Source of the DNA: an uncultured delta proteobacterium
Lineage (GTDB): Bacteria; Desulfobacterota; Desulfuromonadia; Desulfuromonadales; BM103
DNA: 64,000 nt
Direction of reading: 5' to 3'
Assembly (NCBI GenBank): GCA_963715335.1
Contig: CAVQRZ010000043.1
Span: 1-64,000, forward strand
Shown: piece by piece, positions 58,229 through 64,000 of the stretch
Layout of the letters: every line of letters starts with the position of its first letter
How positions within the stretch are numbered: the first letter of the stretch is position 1
Notes under the pieces: generated by a model
The model's database searches: none
What the model saw: the letters and a program-made list of their open reading frames with translations, nothing else
What the model was told of the DNA's origin: nothing
Position numbers and translations under genes: made by a program

Positions 58229-59554
58229 ATGGATCTTTTTTCTTCATCGACATCCGCAAAGGCTGCGTCCCCTCTCGCCGAACGAGTGCGCCCGCAACAA
58301 CTCGACGACATGGTTGGCCAGCAGCATCTGCTCGGACCGGACAACATCCTGCGCCGCCTGATCGAGACCGACCATCTCTCGTCGGCAATCTTCTGGGGCC
58401 CGCCCGGCACGGGAAAAACCACCCTCGCCCGCGTGATCGCCAACACGACCAAGTGTGAATTTGCGGCCTTCAGCGCAGTCCTCCAGGGCGTCAAGGAGGT
58501 GCGTGAGATTACCGCAAAAGCAAAGCAGGAACGCGACTACTACGGTCGCAGAACCCTGCTCTTTATCGATGAGATCCATCGCTTCAACAAGGCCCAGCAG
58601 GATGCGCTTCTGCCCTGGGTCGAGAACGGCGACATTATCCTGATCGGCGCCACGACGGAGAACCCCTCTTTCGAAGTCAATTCCGCCCTGCTCTCCCGCT
58701 CCAGGGTTTTTGTCCTGGAACCGCTGGCACCTGCAGAGATCAGACGACTCCTGGAGCGAGCCCTGGAGAATGACCTGGAGCTGATGCGCCGCAAACTGGC
58801 CGCAGAGGATACCGCGCTCGACCTGCTGGCAGAACAGGCCCACGGCGATGCCCGTATCGCCCTCAACACCCTTGAAGTCGCCGCCAACCTGTGCAAGGGA
58901 GCCCTGATCACCCCGGACCACATCCTGGAGGCGCTGCAACGGGCCCCCCTGGTCTACGACAAGGGCGCCGAAGAGCATTACAATGTTGTTTCGGCATTCA
59001 TCAAAAGTATGCGTGGCTCGGACCCGGATGCCGCAATCTACTGGCTGGCCCGGATGATCGAAGCTGGCGAAGACCCCTTATTCATCGTCCGACGCATGGT
59101 GCTTTTTGCTGCGGAAGACATCGGTAACGCCGACCCGCGAGCCCTGCAGATCGCCGTGTCCGCACAGCAGGCCGTGCACTTCGTCGGCATGCCCGAGGGG
59201 CGCCTTCCCCTGGCCCAGGCCGTCACCTACCTGGCCACGGCACCGAAGAGCAACGCCGCCTATGTCGCCATAGTTGAAGCACAGCAAGAGGTTCGCGCAA
59301 GCGGCGCCCTGCCCGTACCGCTGCATATTCGCAACGCACCGACCGGGTTGATGAAAGAATTGGGTTACGGCAAGGGATATCAATACGCGCACGACCACGC
59401 CGGCGCCGTCGTCACCCAGTCCCACCTGCCTGAGCAGATCGACGGTGTGACATATTATCGCCCCAAAGAGAGTGGCTACGAAAAGACGATCAAAGAGAGA
59501 CAGGAATGGCTGAAAGCTCAAAAACCGGGAAAGGGAAAAAGTAACAAGTTATAA
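58229..59554 (+). CDS. rarA: Replication-associated recombination protein A
   Basis: [41 protein letters not shown]. Confidence 0.97.
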   Translation: MDLFSSSTSAKAASPLAERVRPQQLDDMVGQQHLLGPDNILRRLIETDHLSSAIFWGPPGTGKTTLARVIANTTKCEFAAFSAVLQGVKEVREITAKAKQERDYYGRRTLLFIDEIHRFNKAQQDALLPWVENGDIILIGATTENPSFEVNSALLSRSRVFVLEPLAPAEIRRLLERALENDLELMRRKLAAEDTALDLLAEQAHGDARIALNTLEVAANLCKGALITPDHILEALQRAPLVYDKGAEEHYNVVSAFIKSMRGSDPDAAIYWLARMIEAGEDPLFIVRRMVLFAAEDIGNADPRALQIAVSAQQAVHFVGMPEGRLPLAQAVTYLATAPKSNAAYVAIVEAQQEVRASGALPVPLHIRNAPTGLMKELGYGKGYQYAHDHAGAVVTQSHLPEQIDGVTYYRPKESGYEKTIKERQEWLKAQKPGKGKSNKL

Positions 59555-59585
59555 GGGATCGGAGCTTCAACCTGCAACCTCTCCA

Positions 59586-59627
59586 TTCTGAATTCTGGAT
59601 ACTGGATTCTGGATTCTGGATACTGGA
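59586..59627. repeat. Heptanucleotide tandem repeat T(T/A)CTG(G/A)A, about 6 units
   Basis: ttctgaa ttctgga tactgga ttctgga ttctgga tactgga. Confidence 0.9.
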
Positions 59628-59648
59628 CACCTTGAATTTGACACGAAC

Positions 59649-61640
59649 ATGCATGATCTAACTGCTCTACAGGATGTTCTGATATTACTCTGCCTCGCGC
59701 TTGCTAACGCATGGTTGTTCAGCCTGCTGCGCCAGTCACCGATCGTCGGCTACCTGACTACGGGGCTGCTGGTCGGGCCTTACGGACTGCTCCTGATCGA
59801 AGGCGTCCATGAAGTTGAGAAGGTTGCCGAGATCGGCGTCGTGCTGCTGCTCTTCACTATCGGCCTCGAATTCTCCTACAAACGCATCATCCGCCTGAAA
59901 AACCTGCTCGTGTCAGCCGGGACGACCCAGGTCGTTGTAACCTGCATTGCAGTGACCGTTGGCAGCTACCTGCTCGGCGAGCCTCCCGTGGCAGCGGTGG
60001 TGCTCGGCATGGCAATGGCGCTCTCGTCAACAGCGATCGTTCTGAAACTTCTGCTCGAACGCGGCGAAATCGATTCTGCTCATGGTCGCATCGCCCTCAG
60101 CATCCTGCTCTTCCAGGATATCTGTGTCATCCTCTTCATCGTCGCCTTGCCACTGTTGGGCTCCCAAGCCGGCGGCTTCTCGCTGTGGGCAATCGGCAAG
60201 TCGGCTCTGATTCTCGGTGGCCTTTACCTCTTCGTCAGGCACCTGTTGAGACCGCTGCTGCGCGGGATTCTCAAGACCCGTGCACCGGAACTTTTCCGAC
60301 TGACCATATTGGCCCTGGTCCTGGGCACGGCATGGATTACCGCCCAGGCCGGACTTTCCCTGGCCCTTGGGGCGTTTCTCGCCGGCCTGGCCCTGGCTGA
60401 ATCTGACTCATCTCACCAGGTGATGGCCGACATCATTCCGTTTCGTGATGTTTTTTTGGCGGTGTTCTTCATCTCGGTCGGCATGCTGGTGGACATCCGC
60501 CTGTGGATCAGCAACTGGTGGGCGGTTCTGCTCGGCATTATCCTGTTGAGCCTGGCTAAAACGATTGCCGGCACCCTTGCCGGAGTCGCTTCCAGGTACC
60601 CCCTGCGAACGGCCCTGGTCGCCGGACTGATGACCTTTCAGGTCGGCGAGTTTTCATTCATTCTGATGGCCCAGGCCCACACCCTCGGCCTGGTTCCGAT
60701 CCAGACCTATCAACTGGCCCTGTCGATCATTGCCCTGTCCATGATGTTGACGCCGTTGATGTTCCGCCTGGCCCAGCCATTGTCGCTACGCCTGGCCGGA
60801 TTGTTCGGCTGGCGCGACTCGGGTCCGGTCAGCGGTGATCACGAGCGCACCGCCAATCTGGAAGGCCATGTCATCATTGCCGGCTATGGCCTCTCCGGCA
60901 GAAACGTTGCCCGTTCCCTGCGCGAAATGCGTCTACCCTATATCCACATCGAAATGAACGGCGAAGTGGTCCGCAAGGCGCGCAAATCCGGCGAAATCAT
61001 CATTCATGGCGATGCCACAGCACCGGCTGTTCTCGAAGGCGCCGGGATCCACAGGGCACGCGCCATGGTGCTGGCCATCAACGACCCTAGCGCTCTCGCC
61101 CGTGCCGTGCCAACGGCGAGGGAATTGAACCCGGGGATTTACATCCTGGCACGCACTCATTATGTGACCAATATCAAGCCGCTGCTGAAAGCCGGCGCCA
61201 ACGATATCATCACAGATGAATTCGGTGCAGGCATTGAAATGGCCGCATTCCTGTTGAAAGAGTTCCATGTCCCGGAGGGCCGGGTCCTGAAAATTCTTTC
61301 TGCATTGCGCGACGAACATCGCCGCCGCTACCAGAGCCTCGACAGTCAGACCTCCAACCTGACCGGCTACCTCTCCGTGCTCGAAGGGGGTGAAATCGAA
61401 ATCCAGGCCATCCCCGACAGCTCCCCCCACATCGGCAAAACCCTCGCCGAACTCAATTTCCGGGCAATCACCGGCACAACCGTCATGGGAGTCATCCGCA
61501 ACGAACGGGTGATCTACAGCCCGGCTGCCGAGTTGCGTCTGGAGACTGGGGACACCTTGATGCTCCTCGGTGAAGAAGAAAAATTCAACAAAGCCAAGGC
61601 ATTCCTGCACGGACAATCGATGCAGGAGCCGAGCGGCTAA
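59649..61640 (+). CDS. CPA2 cation/proton antiporter with TrkA-N and TrkA-C domains (KefB/KefC-like)
   Basis: LLFTIGLE, SSTAIV, LLFQD, GEFSF; IAGYG Rossmann domain. Confidence 0.93.
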   Translation: MHDLTALQDVLILLCLALANAWLFSLLRQSPIVGYLTTGLLVGPYGLLLIEGVHEVEKVAEIGVVLLLFTIGLEFSYKRIIRLKNLLVSAGTTQVVVTCIAVTVGSYLLGEPPVAAVVLGMAMALSSTAIVLKLLLERGEIDSAHGRIALSILLFQDICVILFIVALPLLGSQAGGFSLWAIGKSALILGGLYLFVRHLLRPLLRGILKTRAPELFRLTILALVLGTAWITAQAGLSLALGAFLAGLALAESDSSHQVMADIIPFRDVFLAVFFISVGMLVDIRLWISNWWAVLLGIILLSLAKTIAGTLAGVASRYPLRTALVAGLMTFQVGEFSFILMAQAHTLGLVPIQTYQLALSIIALSMMLTPLMFRLAQPLSLRLAGLFGWRDSGPVSGDHERTANLEGHVIIAGYGLSGRNVARSLREMRLPYIHIEMNGEVVRKARKSGEIIIHGDATAPAVLEGAGIHRARAMVLAINDPSALARAVPTARELNPGIYILARTHYVTNIKPLLKAGANDIITDEFGAGIEMAAFLLKEFHVPEGRVLKILSALRDEHRRRYQSLDSQTSNLTGYLSVLEGGEIEIQAIPDSSPHIGKTLAELNFRAITGTTVMGVIRNERVIYSPAAELRLETGDTLMLLGEEEKFNKAKAFLHGQSMQEPSG

Positions 61641-61667
61641 TTATTGCGCTCAATAAGAACAAAAGAT

Positions 61668-61707
61668 TATATTTATATATAATTAATATTAATTAAATAT
61701 AAATATA
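61668..61707. repeat. 40-bp A/T-only near-perfect palindrome
   Basis: 19 of 20 positions pair around the centre AATTAATATTAATT. Confidence 0.92.
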
Positions 61708-61922
61708 TAACATAAAAAGACGACTCTACCCCTTTGAGCTTCTAAGTCCCTCACTAATAAACGTGTTCTGACCGCAAAAAAGCTCCATTTCTCCCCGGTA
61801 TTGTTATTTGTGACAATTGTCCAGCTTATGCAAATCTGTATAATCGTTCGCAAGGTATCGATGCCAGCAGACCGATTACGTGAACTTTATGTTCGGATTT
61901 TTTTTGAGCGCATGGAGAGTGC

Positions 61923-62552
61923 ATGACTGAAAGAAAGATCAGCGACCTGAAGGTTTTAGTCATAGAGTCAACCGAAGCGGTCCGGCAACTCATGGCGACA
62001 ATTCTGGAGGGGGAATACAGGGAGCTACTCTTTGCAGAGGACGCAGATGCAGGCTACAGGATGGCCCTGGCCGAACGGCCTGATGTCATCATAACCGACG
62101 ACTTGCTGCCCCGGTCGGGAGAGCGTAACGTTTGCGAAAGGATTCGGGGCAACCCGGAGTTAAGCGCCACTCCCGTAATCGTCATGACCGCCTGGGGGTC
62201 ATCTGTCAGCGCGCTGGCATACTTCGAAACCGGCTGTGACCAGTTGCTCAGAAAACCGTTCCGCTGCGAAGACATTCACTACGCGATCAGGAAAGCTGTC
62301 AAAAAACGGCAATCGGGGAAAACCATGATCCAGGTGTTGTTCAAGTCGGGAGATATCGACATGATCGAGGTACAGAGTCTCGACAGACTGGTCAGTGAAC
62401 AGGAACTCCTCTGCTTCAGACGTCGGGACGGTGTTGCCGTCGTTGGCCGAGACGCCGTCAGAGCGAACCGTGCCGATGAATATTGCGGAATTGAACGACG
62501 CACTTGCGCCATAAAACCGGCAGAGCCTGGTCATTTCCGGGCAGGCGGATGA
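61923..62552 (+). CDS. Response regulator receiver fused to a GSU3473-like domain
   Basis: REC (PDVIITD, KPF); C-terminal MIQV.FKSG..D....LD.L......FRR.DG...GRD..R...Y.G.ERR. Confidence 0.8.
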   Translation: MTERKISDLKVLVIESTEAVRQLMATILEGEYRELLFAEDADAGYRMALAERPDVIITDDLLPRSGERNVCERIRGNPELSATPVIVMTAWGSSVSALAYFETGCDQLLRKPFRCEDIHYAIRKAVKKRQSGKTMIQVLFKSGDIDMIEVQSLDRLVSEQELLCFRRRDGVAVVGRDAVRANRADEYCGIERRTCAIKPAEPGHFRAGG

Positions 62553-62639
62553 GCCTGTAACGCAACGCTTTATGTCGCTTCAGCATGGAGCGCATGACGC
62601 AGCAACGCTTGCACATGTTATGTTATGCAGCACTTGGAC

Positions 62640-62670
62640 GCCCGCAGTCTTGCAACTGCGGGCTATTTTT
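62640..62670 (+). terminator. Intrinsic terminator
   Basis: GCCCGCAGT-cttgca-ACTGCGGGC-TATTTTT. Confidence 0.8.
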
Positions 62671-62748
62671 ATCCGGGGCAGAAAGAACGATCACCGCAAG
62701 CTTGCCAATTCAGGGAGCGATCAGGCAGCCAAAAACTTAGGCCGCGCC

Positions 62749-63333
62749 CTAGAAGGATCCTTCCCGGGCAACCTCTGCACGGGCCTTGCGATCACTCGGT
62801 TTTTCTGCGGCGGCAACCTCCACTGGCAGGATGCCGGGCGCGGCGCGATAACCGACCGCGATAGCCGCCATGATGTCATACTCGTCGACAGGCGCATTGA
62901 GGACTTCATAAGCTTTTTCCCGGCTGAAACCGGCCATGGCATGCGCATGCAGGCCAAGCTTGCGGGCCTGCAGGGCCAGCGACATCCATGCCGCGCCGGC
63001 GTCGAAGGGTGCGTGCCGGTTTTCTTGGTCGTTATGGCCGAAATTCCGCCGGCAGAGAAGGTAGATAATCAGGGGCGCGTTTTTGACCCAGGCCTGGTTC
63101 TTTTCAACCAGTGCCGGCATGAATTTTTGCCGGTCCGCTGCGCTGGCGGCGTAGATAAACAGCCACGGCTGGGCGTTGAAGCATGAAGGTGCCCAGCGTG
63201 CCGCCTCGAACAGGCTGTCGATCTGGACCTGGGTCAAGGGGATCGGCTCGAACGCCCGCGGCGACCAGCGGTCGATGAACATGCTGTCGATATCTGCGGT
63301 GGGATTGCGTGGATTAGTCCGATCAAAAGACAT
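62749..63333 (-). CDS. Nitroreductase-family protein
   Basis: RWSPRAF, ARWAPSCFNAQPW, FDAGAA, HAMAGF. Confidence 0.94.
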   Translation of the reverse strand: MSFDRTNPRNPTADIDSMFIDRWSPRAFEPIPLTQVQIDSLFEAARWAPSCFNAQPWLFIYAASAADRQKFMPALVEKNQAWVKNAPLIIYLLCRRNFGHNDQENRHAPFDAGAAWMSLALQARKLGLHAHAMAGFSREKAYEVLNAPVDEYDIMAAIAVGYRAAPGILPVEVAAAEKPSDRKARAEVAREGSF

Positions 63334-63344
63334 GAGTATTCCTT

Positions 63345-64000
63345 TCAGCCATCAAGGCCAACACCGGCTATCTCGTGCCGGCAGTCTTTGCAGCGATGGT
63401 CAATTAATGCCGTTTCAATGAGCCGCAGACGCTCCCTTCTGATGACCGTCTGACCGCACCCGGGGCAAAGCGTATTGCCCGCTGCAGGGTCACTGACGTT
63501 GCCCAGGTAGACATAGTGCAATCCGGACTGGCGGCCAATATCCCTGGCCTTGTACATGATCGCCAGCGGAGTTGCCGGACGGTCCTGCATCTTGTATGTC
63601 GGGTAAAAAGCCGAGAGATGCCAGGGCACGTCTGCGCCAAGCTCCTGGTAAATAAACTCGGCAATCCGGGTCAATTCCTGCGGGCTGTCATTATGTCCCG
63701 GGATGATGAGAGTCGTGACCTCGAGCCAGATACCGAGCCTGCGGTAATCCTTGAGGCATTCAAGCACGCCATCGAGCGATGCACCGGTTACTTCCCGGTA
63801 AGCACGGTCGGAAAAACCTTTCAGGTCGACATTGGCCGCGTCGAGATAAGGGGCAATCTCTTCGAGGGCTTCGGTTGTCGTATAACCGTTGGTGACGAAT
63901 ACGTTCTTGACCCCGGCGGCCCTTGCCGCCACGGCCGTATCGTAAGCATATTCGAAGAAGATGGTCGGCTCGGTGTAGGTGTAGGCGATGCTTGCCGATT
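63345..64000 (-). CDS. amrS: AmmeMemoRadiSAM-system radical SAM enzyme (5' end outside window)
   Basis: Frame is open to the window edge: SIAYTYTEPTIFFEYA; VTNGY, ANVDLK, EVTTLIIPG.ND, YVYLGN, CPGCG..IRR. Confidence 0.9.
   Translation of the reverse strand, partial: SASIAYTYTEPTIFFEYAYDTAVAARAAGVKNVFVTNGYTTTEALEEIAPYLDAANVDLKGFSDRAYREVTGASLDGVLECLKDYRRLGIWLEVTTLIIPGHNDSPQELTRIAEFIYQELGADVPWHLSAFYPTYKMQDRPATPLAIMYKARDIGRQSGLHYVYLGNVSDPAAGNTLCPGCGQTVIRRERLRLIETALIDHRCKDCRHEIAGVGLDG

Overview
Chromosomal segment from a deltaproteobacterium, most likely Desulfuromonadales (inferred from RomR next to valS, a GSU3473-type domain, long-form HflX, the secA/argJ/recN/nadK context and heptamer repeats). 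It holds the distal type II secretion operon (gspG-N), many housekeeping genes (mltD, hflX, fabI, dsbC, mntP, oppDF, yajQ, ltaE, ptsP, valS, dgt, deoBC, argJ, secA, recN, nadK, rarA, kef), tRNA-Arg(UCG) and an accessory stretch at about 28.7-37.5 kb. I saw no integrase, transposase, prophage or CRISPR array. The most interesting signal is non-coding. An [FeFe]-hydrogenase-like/Fe-S sensor fused to a sigma54 activator is followed by two identical 18-bp inverted operator boxes, a perfect -24/-12 promoter and a ~95-nt transcript with no AUG that ends in a terminator with a CU-rich anti-Shine-Dalgarno loop. A third operator copy overlaps the activator's own promoter. Two further promoter-plus-terminator units with CCUCC loops (6.0 kb and 34.8 kb) suggest a family of anti-SD small RNAs. 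Three exported-protein genes carry +1 frameshifts in short G runs, which may be sequencing errors. All product calls come from motif recognition by eye; no database searches were run.
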